DNA of 63,572 bases, the filler included, from Thraustochytrium aureum (Eukaryota): NCBI GenBank assembly GCA_012862495.1. It is 4 parts of 4 records of this genome, joined end to end, with 100 filler letters (N's around TTAATTAATTAA, not from the genome) between each part and the next. Parts side by side here need not be neighbours in the genome. Positions count along the whole stretch, not along the records: positions 21,633 to 47,045 come from BLSG01000221.1; 3 more parts are not named here. One strand, given 5' to 3'. Shown in pieces: positions 24,237 to 34,509 of the stretch (its first letter is position 1; every line of letters begins with the position of its first letter). Position numbers and translations under genes: made by a program. Under the pieces are notes generated by a model. It was given only the letters and a program-made list of their open reading frames with translations. It did no database searches and was not told the origin of the DNA.

Positions 24237-25259
24237 ATGGCAGAGGACGGCGCGTCCGCCACCAACCCTGGCCGGCCCGGAGGTGAAGCGCCGGAAGAGC
24301 CTGGCTCGGGCTCGGCGCCGGCCGAATCGAGCGGAGGCAAGGGCATGGCCAAGACCACGCCAGCTGCCGAGTTCACGTATGAGGTTGCGCTGGACAGCCT
24401 GTTTGGCGTAGAGCGGGTCAACCACGGAGACCCAGACGAGCCTTTTGTCTGGGAGTGGCCCAAGCAAGACGAAGCCGCTGAGCTCCAGGTGGCCGAGGCA
24501 GCAAGGTGCCCGCTGCGTCTACATCTCGCGAACGGGTCGGTCCACCTCATGGCGCAGCACGTGTGGCAGTCAGCGCTGACGCTATCCGAAGAAATGGTGC
24601 GCGCAAAAGTGGACGTCCGCGGGAAGCATGTACTCGAGCTGGGCGCTGGGGCTGCGCTCCCAGGCCTCGTCGCTCGCCGCCTTGGCGCAGCGAGTGTGGT
24701 CATCAGCGACTACCCCGAGCCCGAAATCGTAGAGAACATGGAGCGCAATGTCAGGGAGAACCAGCTCGAATCTGACTGTCCCGTACAGGTCCGCGGCTTC
24801 AAGTGGGGCACAGACGTTCGCACGCTGGTGGACTGCATTCCCGGCGATGCGCAAATGTTTGACGTGGTGCTGATGGCGGACACACTCTGGCTGGAGAACC
24901 AGCACCACAACCTGCTCAAGTCGTGCCGGGATCTGATGCTCCACCCTTCCTGCAAACGCGAGTCCTTTCGGCTTGTCTTCACCTTCATGAACCACGACGA
25001 CGGCCGCGGCGTCGCTGGACGCTTCTTTCAACTGGCTGAAACCCAGTACGGCATGAAGATTCTTGAGCGGCGAACGCTTGCTTGGCGCGAAGCGCGTTCC
25101 CCTTTTGACGACCCCGAGGAGAGCGACGCGTCTGATCCAGAGAGGTACGGCCCAGTTTACCTGCGTGTGCTTGGAATGGCCGAGGAGGGCGCGCAGCTTG
25201 GAGACGCGGCCGCCGCCGAGGCGGCGTTTGCTGCGCCGCCGTCGAACCCCGAGGTGTAA
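24237..25259 (+). CDS. Seven-beta-strand protein methyltransferase, Methyltransf_16 (METTL21/EFM7-like)
   Basis: HVWQSAL, VLELGAGAALPGL, VVISDYP, FKWG and DVVLMADTLW. Confidence 0.88.
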   Translation: MAEDGASATNPGRPGGEAPEEPGSGSAPAESSGGKGMAKTTPAAEFTYEVALDSLFGVERVNHGDPDEPFVWEWPKQDEAAELQVAEAARCPLRLHLANGSVHLMAQHVWQSALTLSEEMVRAKVDVRGKHVLELGAGAALPGLVARRLGAASVVISDYPEPEIVENMERNVRENQLESDCPVQVRGFKWGTDVRTLVDCIPGDAQMFDVVLMADTLWLENQHHNLLKSCRDLMLHPSCKRESFRLVFTFMNHDDGRGVAGRFFQLAETQYGMKILERRTLAWREARSPFDDPEESDASDPERYGPVYLRVLGMAEEGAQLGDAAAAEAAFAAPPSNPEV

Positions 25260-25483
25260 TCCGCGGTTGGCGGCCCCTCTTGTCTGCTATTGCGCTCGTT
25301 GTACACCGGCTCTGTGAAGCGCGCCGAAAAGGTTTTCCCCGCTTTTACACATCAGACTCTTTCCCCTTGTTTGTTTGGTTAACTGTAGAGTTCCTTAGCG
25401 AATAGCGGCAAAAGAGTCCTCTAGCTTGCTCTAGCCAGCCTGAAAGCTCAAGAGCTAGCGCTCGAGCACAGACCAGCAGGCGC

Positions 25484-27664
25484 TCAATGCAGCGACGAAA
25501 GCTCTCTATACAGGGCCTTGAGGCGATTGCGGCGCTGCGTGCTCGAGCGAATCGCCTGCGCGTCCTCCGAGGACGAGTAGCCCGACCCGGCGCCTGCATT
25601 GCGGCTAGGGTGCGACCGCCCAGAGTTCCACGGCGGGCGCATCGAGGCCTCGTCGGCCCCACGGCTCTTTTCGCTCTCACGACGAGCGAGGCGGAAACCG
25701 CCACCGCCAACCAGCTCCCCATCGCTCATGCCCTCTTGCATTTGCACAGAGGTCTCCATTGACGCAGGGTCGCGGCCACGCTTGCCCCCGCCGTCCCTCG
25801 AGCCAGCGTCGAGGGAGGTGCGCACGCGTCTCTGCGGGCCGAGCCATTCCTCATCAGTGTCGGCTCCCAACCCATACGGCGGTGGGGTCTTGCTCTGCCT
25901 GCGCGCGACCGAAGACAGCGTGTCTCGCTCGTGAGAGCGCGGCCTCGGCTCCGCAGAGATCGAACGCCGCGCCCGAGCACGGCCACTTCCAAGAGCGCTT
26001 GTGAGCCTCGACGAAGTCGTTGGCGTGGCGGCGCTTTGGCGCTTGGCGCGCCGCTTCTTCTTGACAAGTTTCTTCGCAGACCTCCCTCGAGATGGCGAGG
26101 TGGCTTCCCGCGACTTGAAAGATGCCCCGGCGTCGTCTTTGTTGCGCACATTTGCAGAAGTTCGCACAATCTCGCGCAGCTCTTCATACGCAAGCTTGAA
26201 AGGCGACTGGCCGCGCCTGGACTCGCCCGGCGCGCTCTCGTCGTCTTCGATGGCGGCGGCACTCTCCTCTAGCATTTTGTTGAGGCGCTCTTGATGTTGG
26301 CGCCCGGCCGCGAGTCGCGCCTTGAGCTCGTCTTTGGTCTCGTGGATCACGTCCATGAACGACTCGACCCGCTCCATGCTGTCCGCGACGAGCTCACTTT
26401 GCGAGCGAAGCTTGCGCTCGACGGCGGCCAGGACCTCGTTGAGGTTGTCTGTCTTGTCCCTCACAATCTCCTCGACTACGCTGCGGAGCTGGGCATGGTC
26501 GAACGGAGCGCCCCGAGCTCCGAGCGGGCTAGATGGCCGAGGCGGGCTGGAATGCTGCGCTGCCAACTGGACATCGGCGTGCCGAGACAGCTCTGCTCGC
26601 GTTTCCTCGAGTGCTGCACGGAGCGCACTGTTCTCCTCGCTGACTGCAGCGAGCTTCTCCTCGAGGCCTGCGGTTCGCGCCTTTACGGCTAAAAGGGCTT
26701 GCTCCGTGAGCCGTGACTCTGCGGCCTGTTTGGCTTCCCTCTCCCGCGCAGTTTGGTTGATCTTTTTCTCCATCGCACGAAGCGTGTCCATGACTTGCTT
26801 GAGGTTGAGGTCGCTCAGCTGAGCGAGGTCTTGGCGGGTCTCGCTGATCTCGTCGCGCAGCTGAGCCTCCACAAGCTCCGAGGCAAACGCGACAGCCCTG
26901 CCAGCTTGTGTCCCAGACGCGCGGCGCCCGCCGCCAGCAGTGGCTTGGTCGGCGAGCTGCGCTGCCCCGTGAAACTTGAGCTGCTCCATGGCTGCGCTTA
27001 GGCGGTTTTCGAGCGATGCGATGCGAAAGTCCTGCTGCTCGCGCAGGGCGTTCAGCTGGACCTCCATCTGGCTCTGCAGCGTTGCCACAGCGGTTTTCGT
27101 TTCCTCGCGAGCGAGGTCTCCCAGTCCGCAGATCTTGGCCTCGTTCGAGCGCCCTCGCGCCTCGTCCAGGTCGAGCCGGCTCGCAAACTCCAAGACCTTT
27201 TGCTCCAGGCGGCGGCGGATCCCCTCCACTACGCCGTGCTGTCGCTCTTCGAATTGTGCGAGCTCGCTGTGGACGTTGTCCATCCTGTCGGAGACGCTTG
27301 CCATTTTGGCGTTTAGCGAATCGAACCCGTCGCGGAAAAAGGCTACTTGGTCACGCAACCCAGATATTGCGCCAAGGCATTCCCCGCTCTTCGTCTCGCC
27401 CTGCGCCTCGGCGATCTTGAGGGCCCTGGCAAGATTGTTCATCTTTTCATCCTGGCCCAAGAGCGACCCTTGGACCTGCTCGATCCGCTCACTAAAGCTC
27501 TGCGACGTCAGGCAGGCGGCGGAAACCCTCTCCAGCTGCACCTCCAAAAACGTGATGTACGCCGCCCGATCCGTCAGCAGCCGCTCATCTTCCAGCTTGC
27601 CTTTGCCACCGTTCTTCGCGCGCCGGTACTCCTCGTAGTACGACCCACCATGATTCGTCAACAT
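25484..27664 (-). CDS. Long coiled-coil protein with basic low-complexity C-terminus
   Basis: Uninterrupted ORF with heptad-rich sequence and an N-terminal motif AYITFLEVQLERVSAACL. Confidence 0.75.
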   Translation of the reverse strand: MLTNHGGSYYEEYRRAKNGGKGKLEDERLLTDRAAYITFLEVQLERVSAACLTSQSFSERIEQVQGSLLGQDEKMNNLARALKIAEAQGETKSGECLGAISGLRDQVAFFRDGFDSLNAKMASVSDRMDNVHSELAQFEERQHGVVEGIRRRLEQKVLEFASRLDLDEARGRSNEAKICGLGDLAREETKTAVATLQSQMEVQLNALREQQDFRIASLENRLSAAMEQLKFHGAAQLADQATAGGGRRASGTQAGRAVAFASELVEAQLRDEISETRQDLAQLSDLNLKQVMDTLRAMEKKINQTAREREAKQAAESRLTEQALLAVKARTAGLEEKLAAVSEENSALRAALEETRAELSRHADVQLAAQHSSPPRPSSPLGARGAPFDHAQLRSVVEEIVRDKTDNLNEVLAAVERKLRSQSELVADSMERVESFMDVIHETKDELKARLAAGRQHQERLNKMLEESAAAIEDDESAPGESRRGQSPFKLAYEELREIVRTSANVRNKDDAGASFKSREATSPSRGRSAKKLVKKKRRAKRQSAATPTTSSRLTSALGSGRARARRSISAEPRPRSHERDTLSSVARRQSKTPPPYGLGADTDEEWLGPQRRVRTSLDAGSRDGGGKRGRDPASMETSVQMQEGMSDGELVGGGGFRLARRESEKSRGADEASMRPPWNSGRSHPSRNAGAGSGYSSSEDAQAIRSSTQRRNRLKALYRELSSLH

Positions 27665-28307
27665 CCCGCCGCCAAGCCCGTCCGGGGAGCAGCCCAGCGG
27701 CAGCGGAGGCCTGCAGACCGCTAGAGCCACCTGCGCTGTCCCCTCGCGGCGCCGCGTGCGTCCGCCGCGTCCTCGTGCGCCGCCTCTGGGCACTGCCCGC
27801 GAGAAGGCGAGCGCACAAAAAAAGGCGTTAGGCACCACTGCGTCCGCCCCGTCAAAAAAAACCGCGGCCTCGACGTCCATCGNNNNNNNNNNNNNNNNNN
27901 NNNNNNNNNNNNNNNNNNNNNNNNNNNNNNNNNNNNNNNNNNNNNNNNNNNNNNNNNNNNNNNNNNNNNNNNNNNNNNNNNNNNNNNNNNNNNNNNNNNN
28001 NNNNNNNNNNNNNNNNNNNNNNNNNNNNNNNNNNNNNNNNNNNNNNNNNNNNNNNNNNNNNNNNNNNNNNNNNNNNNNNNNNNNNNNCGTCAGTCAACCA
28101 ATGTCCACACGCGAAGCCGCGCCAGCCAGGCAGACGCTCAATGGCGCGTAGACTGCTCCGGGCGTCGGCGTCCTGGGACCGGCACGGGCTTGCGCGCGCG
28201 CTCGCAGGGACGAACGCTTCCGGGACCCTGCGCGGGGCGTGCTGAGACGTTCGTTGGCTTGCCGCGAGAAGGACTGTCTGCTGCGATTTGAGCTGGCCGC
28301 GGCCGAG

Positions 28308-29370
28308 ATGGACGCGCCCCCGCCCGTGCGCGTCCTGCTGGTCGTGCAGGTCGGCAGGGCGCTGGTGGAGGTGGAGCGCGCCCCGCTTGGCGAGATCGAT
28401 ACGTTTGGCGACGTCAAGCGTGAGATCCTCGAGCGGGCTCGTGCGGTGGCGGCCGCCGAGCAAGGCAAGGGCTTCTCAGACCTGGCCAAGATCAAGCTCC
28501 TTGTGAAAGGCAAGGCGCGCGGAGACGATGAGGTCATAGTCTTGTGCCTCACAGCCGCGGAGCGCAAAAAGGAGCAAGTCACGCTCAAAGGCAGAATCTC
28601 GGCGCCGCCAGAGGCCTCTGCGGCGCTGGAAGCCCTCGAGAAGAGCTGCGTCCGCGAGGCGGCGGAGACGGCCACGGCGGGGGCCCCGGCACCAGCCCCC
28701 AGGACAGTCGATGCGAATGCGACCAGCGCAAGCGAGGGCTGCGCCGGCGAGAAGGGCGCCGCCCAGGACGGCGTCTGCGAGGCCCAGGGCGGCGAGACGG
28801 CTCCTGCAGTTGGTGCAGAGGCGGGCGTCCGAGAACTCGGTGAAGGCGAGTTTGTGATTCATGTGCAGCAAGGGGCCTTTAAGTACATAGTAGTGGCCCC
28901 ATCAGGGGCCTGGACCGTCCACGAGCTCAAGCGGAGCCTGCAGAGCCAGATCGCCGTGCCCGTATCGCAGCAGCGCATACTTGTGAAGGGCAAGGTGCGG
29001 ACAGACGGCGAATCGATGGTAAGAGTGCGGGCTTGCTCCGCAAGGCGGCAAAGCCATGCTACTCTTTTCGGACGGCTACCACCGCGCCGCGGACGGTGGC
29101 GCCTTCTTGGAGGTCGCCGAGCAAGAGGTGAAGGCCTCTCTCGCGTTGGTTGAAAAGTCGGGCGCGCAAATACGCCACCGCCTCGCAGATCCAGGGGAGG
29201 TGTTCCTTGAGGTTGCCGCCTCGCTCGACCGCGTTGAAAACATAGCCAGGCACCTTGAGGACAGACCAGTTCCAGCGAGCGCGGTCCCGCGCAAAGTCCA
29301 GGCGCTGCGCGAGCTGGCAGAGCTCGCGCAAGCCCTGCGCGTGTTGAAGAGCAAGGGCTTGCGCCGGTAA
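28308..29370 (+). CDS. Tandem ubiquitin-like domain protein with C-terminal helical (BAG-like) region; frameshift near 29025
   Basis: TFGDVKREI…IKLLVKGK and WTVHELKRSLQSQIAVPVSQQRILVKGKVRTDGESM. Shifting frame gives ECGLAPQGGKAMLL, completing the Ubl fold. Confidence 0.7.
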
Positions 29371-29452
29371 GCCAGCCAGGCGCTGCGCGCGACCCCAAAG
29401 CAAAACCGGACACATTGCGCTGGAAGCAGCTACATAACCGCTCCTCCCCAAG

Positions 29453-31564
29453 TTAGTCTTCCTTGCACCTCTGCAGCTCGATGTACTTTGAGCACGGCTC
29501 GTCGCCATTGTCTGGCGTCCCGAAGAGCGACTGACGAAGCCAGCGCTTGCGCCTCTTCCAGCTCGAGTCGAACGGCAGGCCGTTGATGGCGATGTGCAGC
29601 AACGGCGGAACAGTGCCTCCGTACACATCCAAGGCAACGATCCTGTCCCGGATCGACTGCGCCGTGTTGGCAAAGGCTTCCAGCTCGTACTTGGCCGCAA
29701 CGACGTCGAGCGAGAGGAGGCAGACCTGGAGAAGGATCTTGGAGATTTCGTGCCTGCTGAGCGGGCGATCCCACTCGTCCTGCGCGCAGTGGAACCCGAG
29801 GACCTGCGAAAGCGCGTAAAGTACAGTGCCGACGCGCAAGGCGGTCAAGCAGCGGAACACCTGCACCTCGTAGACAAATTCGCCGTAGTTCGGGTAGTGC
29901 GCGAAAGCCCAGACAGTACAGCAGAGGTCGCAAAAGTATATTGTCACAAGGGCCCTCGTGTCGAAGGACGGCGAAAACATGTTGAAGACCAGGCTCAGGA
30001 AGACGAAAACGGTGAGGCACACTGAGAGCCCTGTCCCTGACCAGATGCTTCTCAGCGAGGACATGTGAAAGTCGTTCTTGGCTCTCAAGTGGTTCCACTT
30101 GAGGTTGTGTGGCCACCTCACAAAGCTGAGCACCTTGTGCTCCCCTGGGCCGCAGCTCTCCATTGCAGTCCCGAGTGGCTCGTACTTGTGCGCGTGGTAC
30201 ACCTTGCCCACCACGGCGGTTCCGTCACCAGCCCCGCTCGGGACGAGCAAGTCACCCACCGACACCGGGCCCACCACACGGACGGGCACTTGCCCCAGAA
30301 ACCGCACAGCACGCCGGCATCCTCCTTGGCACCAAAGGGCACGCCAGCGGCCACAGAGGGCTTCGTGGGACGACCATGATGGGCCCCGTGCCGGAGGTGT
30401 CGAGCGAGACCTTTTGCTCTGGCGAGCGGAGCTGAACAACGTCGCCGCAATTTATCTTCTCAGCGGGGTCAAGCTTGGCAAACCACTCGGCGTAGTCGGC
30501 GGCCTCGGGCGGCGTCACGAGCTGGCCGTTGATCCCGCCCTCGACTGTGAGGGAGCCCTTGACAGAAAGGCTGCGCACCACCAAATCTCCGCCAAATATA
30601 GCGTCGCCCTCGACGCGAAGCGAGCCGCGGATCACCACTACGCCGGCGCTGGAGTCGTCCTCGTCTTTTGCCGCACGCAGTGTATGAGGCTGTTTCCCCC
30701 CGAGCTCTTGATGGAATCTGCGTCGTCGGTCATGTCGGCGGTGGAGACCGTCGACACCTGCGGCGAGGGTGGAATGTTTCCGCTCGAGTTGGACGAGGTG
30801 GCCGCGGCGCCGCCCGCGGCGATCGCGGCAGCGGCATCGCCGCCCGTGTGCTCGCTGTTTGGGCGCCTTCGCTTGGCGGACCGCGCCGGACTGTCGACTG
30901 GCCAGAACTGCACGAGGCTCGGGGCGTTCAGAACGACGAACGAGCGGCAGTTGGCGCGCGTCAGCGCCTCGTCCGAGCTCGCCCGCTGCAACAGCGTGTA
31001 GCAGCGACCGGAGAACCCGTGGTCCTCGTTGAGCCCTGCCTTGCACGTTCGAGTCTTGCGCGACATGTTGCGCGCCACAATACCGCGCGTGTGGTTGTGC
31101 CGCGCCGACCACCACACCTCGCCGTTGCTGAACGACTGAAACTTTACGCCGATTAGCGAGGAAGGGTCGCCGAGCATGCGCACGCGTTCGTGCTCTGGAA
31201 GCAGGCTGTGCTGGTTGCTCGCGACGTAGAACAGTCTGATCTCGCTGCAGATCGGCGACGCCTGCGGCCGGCAGGCGATTTGAGGCGCGAAGCGGCCCGC
31301 CTCGGCGGCTATCAGGAGGTCGAAAACCTGCTCGAACGTGAGTCGCCGCTCTTGCTCCGCATCGATTGTTTTCACGTTCTCATCCTTGGTGTCTCCGAAC
31401 AGCGCCGGCTCAAAATCTTCTGCTTCCTCGAACCAAATTGCGTCGAGAATGTCAAAGGCGTGCGGGTCGAACACGTTGTGCTCCACCTTGCCGTTCTGCG
31501 GCTCCATCGCGGGCTCCGGCTCGCGGCTCCCCTGCACCAGCGCGGCAGGGGATGCCTCGCTCAT
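29453..31564 (-). CDS. Putative membrane-anchored self-cleaving protein: CG-1-like domain, NLS, beta-helix, Peptidase_G2 (IMC) domain, about 4 TM; three single-base frameshifts
   Basis: Joins ORFs 30638-32014 (from ATG 31564), 30252-31115, 30118-30450 and 29453-30439. The first and last are in the same frame. IMC motifs are ADYAEWF, GDVV, GQVPVRVVGPVSVGDLLVPSGAGDG. C-terminal hydrophobic segments lie at about 29700-30030. Confidence 0.75.
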
Positions 31565-33470
31565 GTCGCCGCGGGCCTCGCTACCTGCCCCCCCCCTGCT
31601 CGACCCGGCGCTTTCCTCGCGCACGGCTCCCTCCGCCTGGGTCTTCGCACGGCAGCGCGGTGTGCTGCGCAAGCGTGTTCGCGGCCGTCCGGCGACTCGA
31701 CAGAATGGGGTCGGCGCAGCTCTCGAGGATGCGGGCGCGCAAGTCCCAGCGGCGTCTGCCAGCGCAGCCCGCGTCCGGGTCCTTTCTCCGCTGCTTCCGA
31801 CGCTCTCAGGCTGCCGCGCACGGGGCTCGCGCAGAGTGTCTACTGAAGTGCGAGCAAGTGTACGAGCCGAAGTAGCTCCAGAGCGGGGAGGAGAGGAGAG
31901 TCCTCTACTGCCACGGCGCCCTCGGGCCGGGAACAGCGCCCTCCGTGGCCTGCGTTGCACGAGCAGCGCGGTGCACGAGCGCCCTGAGGCCGTTGCACGA
32001 GCAGGACGTCGCACGAGCAGGTGTATGCTCTACGAGGACACCGTCTCCGCCACCTGCAGCGCCTCGCAGGCGTTGGAGGCCGCCGTGCAAGCCGGCAAGC
32101 CTCGCGCCAACGCGGCGCAAGCAAGCAAGAGCAGGCAGGACAGCAGCACAGCTCGCGCGGGACAGGCTGCTCGGTGGGAGTACGCAGAGTACTAGTACTC
32201 GCGTCTCGGGAGCAAATTGGACGGCCTGCTGACGGCTGGCAGCAGGCAAGAGGGCGGGAGGGAGCGAGCGTCAACGAGGATGGCAAGAGCTGCTCGTTCT
32301 GTCCGCCAGGTGCCCTGCGTGCAGTACAGCGCGGCGCGAGCACGATAACGCCGCCTGCTGCACCCGGGCCAGCAAGACAGGCGCGTGACACAGCGATGAC
32401 ACATTCGCCTGCTGGTACTCGCGTGGTACACCAGGTGTTTTTCGTTTGCTGTCGATCCATCGAAACAACTCGACAAGAATGGGATTTCAAGGAAAGCGCA
32501 AAACAAACAACATCGCGGAGCAGCAGAGTGTGCGGTAGTTCCGACGAACCGTGCACCTGCGTTTCCGTTCGGCGCTCGGCGTTCGGCGGATTTGGGACTC
32601 GGAGGATTTGCACCTCTGGAGAGGTGTCCGTTGCTCGCGGTGCGTGCGTGCGTGGCGGTTTGAAGGCCCGCTCCGACCTCGTTCGAGCCGGCTGACGGCC
32701 ATTGGGGTGCTTGCGCACTGTGGAGGCCGCCCTGGCGGCGGCGGACTGCCGTTTGCTTTTTATGGGCGCTGGAAAGCGCGCGACCAGGTGGGAAAGAAAT
32801 GTGGCCTTCATTTAGTTCAGCCACCTTGGGCGATGATGTGGTCCGGCCGCCGGAGTTTGCACTGGAGGCGCGTGGCCGGGCGACAAGGAGAGCGGGGGCG
32901 TGCCTTTGGCTGGTTGCTCCAGGTCTTGGAATCTTCCGACGACCTCTGAGAGGCCCAGAGGTCGAAACGCTCGAACTTGCAAGTGCACCGTGTTCAGTGC
33001 CACAATGGGACGCGCGGGATGCAAGGTGCAAATAATCTGCTGGTGCTGCACCTGCGGCGACGCTTGAGGTACAACCGTTTGCTTGGGCGTTGCTCTTCCT
33101 CGCTGATCACTCCGACCTGGGCCGTACACCATGCCGCACTTCAGAGCCGAAAAACGCGTCCTACCACAGTTGCCCAGTGCTGACTTTGCTCTACTTGCAA
33201 CCTTCGAGGGGCATGCTATGGGGACGCGCGAGCGAGGATTTGCAGCACTGGCCAGAAAGGCATCCTGCGCCAGCGACTAGGAACAAGGTGGGCGCACTGC
33301 ACATGCGTGGTGGGAAGCACGGGCGCAAGCGCCTGGACGGCCCCGACAAAGCCAAAACCGCACCGCAAGCAAAACCGCAACAAGCCCTGCAACCGACCAT
33401 CGCCATAGCCCACTAAGCAGCACCAAGCAACAGCAAACGTGGCGACGACGCGAGCAGCTCCCAAGTCAAG

Positions 33471-33918
33471 ATGCGCCTTTCTCTCGCCAACGCGGCGACT
33501 GCCGCCCTGGCACTCGTCCACGCGACAAACGCAATCTCTGTCGCCGAAGAGCAAAAGGCCGTCCAAGCCGTCACTGCGCTCCTCGAAAGCGACCTCAAAA
33601 ACGTGCCTCTCGCCGTGCGGCTCGTTTTTCACGACTGCTTTGAATCCGGATGCGACGGCTGCATCGACACCTCTTCGCGAGCGCACGTCGGCCTTGAGCC
33701 AATCGTCCGAAACCTGGACGCCATCCATGCCAGCCAAGCCCTGACAATGTCAAAGGCCGACTTGTATGCCATGGCAGGGACGCTGGCCCTGCGTATCGGG
33801 TCTTTAACCCCCGCCCGCCCAGTCGCCGGCCGCGCCGCAGGAGCCGTGGCCTCTTGGAGCAAGACGAAGCCCTCGTGGAGGAAGCCCTCGTGGAGGAAGC
33901 CGGCCAACCCAACGGCCA
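33471..33918 (+). CDS. Secreted non-animal haem peroxidase, N-terminal part (rest in gap)
   Basis: Signal peptide, distal motif VRLVFHDC, GCDGCID and MSKADLYAMAG. Confidence 0.85.
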
Positions 33919-34509
33919 NNNNNNNNNNNNNNNNNNNNNNNNNNNNNNNNNNNNNNNNNNNNNNNNNNNNNNNNNNNNNNNNNNNNNNNNNNNNNNNNNN
34001 NNNNNNNNNNNNNNNNNNNNNNNNNNNNNNNNNNNNNNNNNNNNNNNNNNNNNNNNNNNNNNNNNNNNNNNNNNNNNNNNNNNNNNNNNNNNNNNNNNNN
34101 NNNNNNNNNNNNNNNNNNNNNNNNNNNNNNNNNNNNNNNNNNNNNNNNNNNNNNNNNNNNNNNNNNNNNNNNNNNNNNNNNNNNNNNNNNNNNNNNNNNN
34201 NNNNNNNNNNNNNNNNNNNNNNNNNNNNNNNNNNNNNNNNNNNNNNNNNNNNNNNNNNNNNNNNNNNNNNNNNNNNNNNNNNNNNNNNNNNNNNNNNNNN
34301 NNNNNNNNNNNNNNNNNNNNNNNNNNNNNNNNNNNNNNNNNNNNNNNNNNNNNNNNNNNNNNNNNNNNNNNNNNGCTGGTGCTCGATAGCTCCGCCGCGT
34401 CCCGAGTCGTGTCGGCCTGTGCGTCACTCCGTCAGTGCCCGAAGCCGAGCCGACGAACGAGTTGCCGCACGCAGCGCGGTCGCGGCGGGGCAGCAGAGAG
34501 CCCGGCCCC

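Noticed and set aside
24237..25259. Functional clustering of the methyltransferase with EEF2
   Set aside because: They lie on different scaffolds separated by an artificial linker.
30200..30640. Prophage or viral insertion suggested by the tail-spike chaperone domain
   Set aside because: There are no other viral genes and no compositional shift. The domain is embedded in a host-like gene between ordinary eukaryotic genes.
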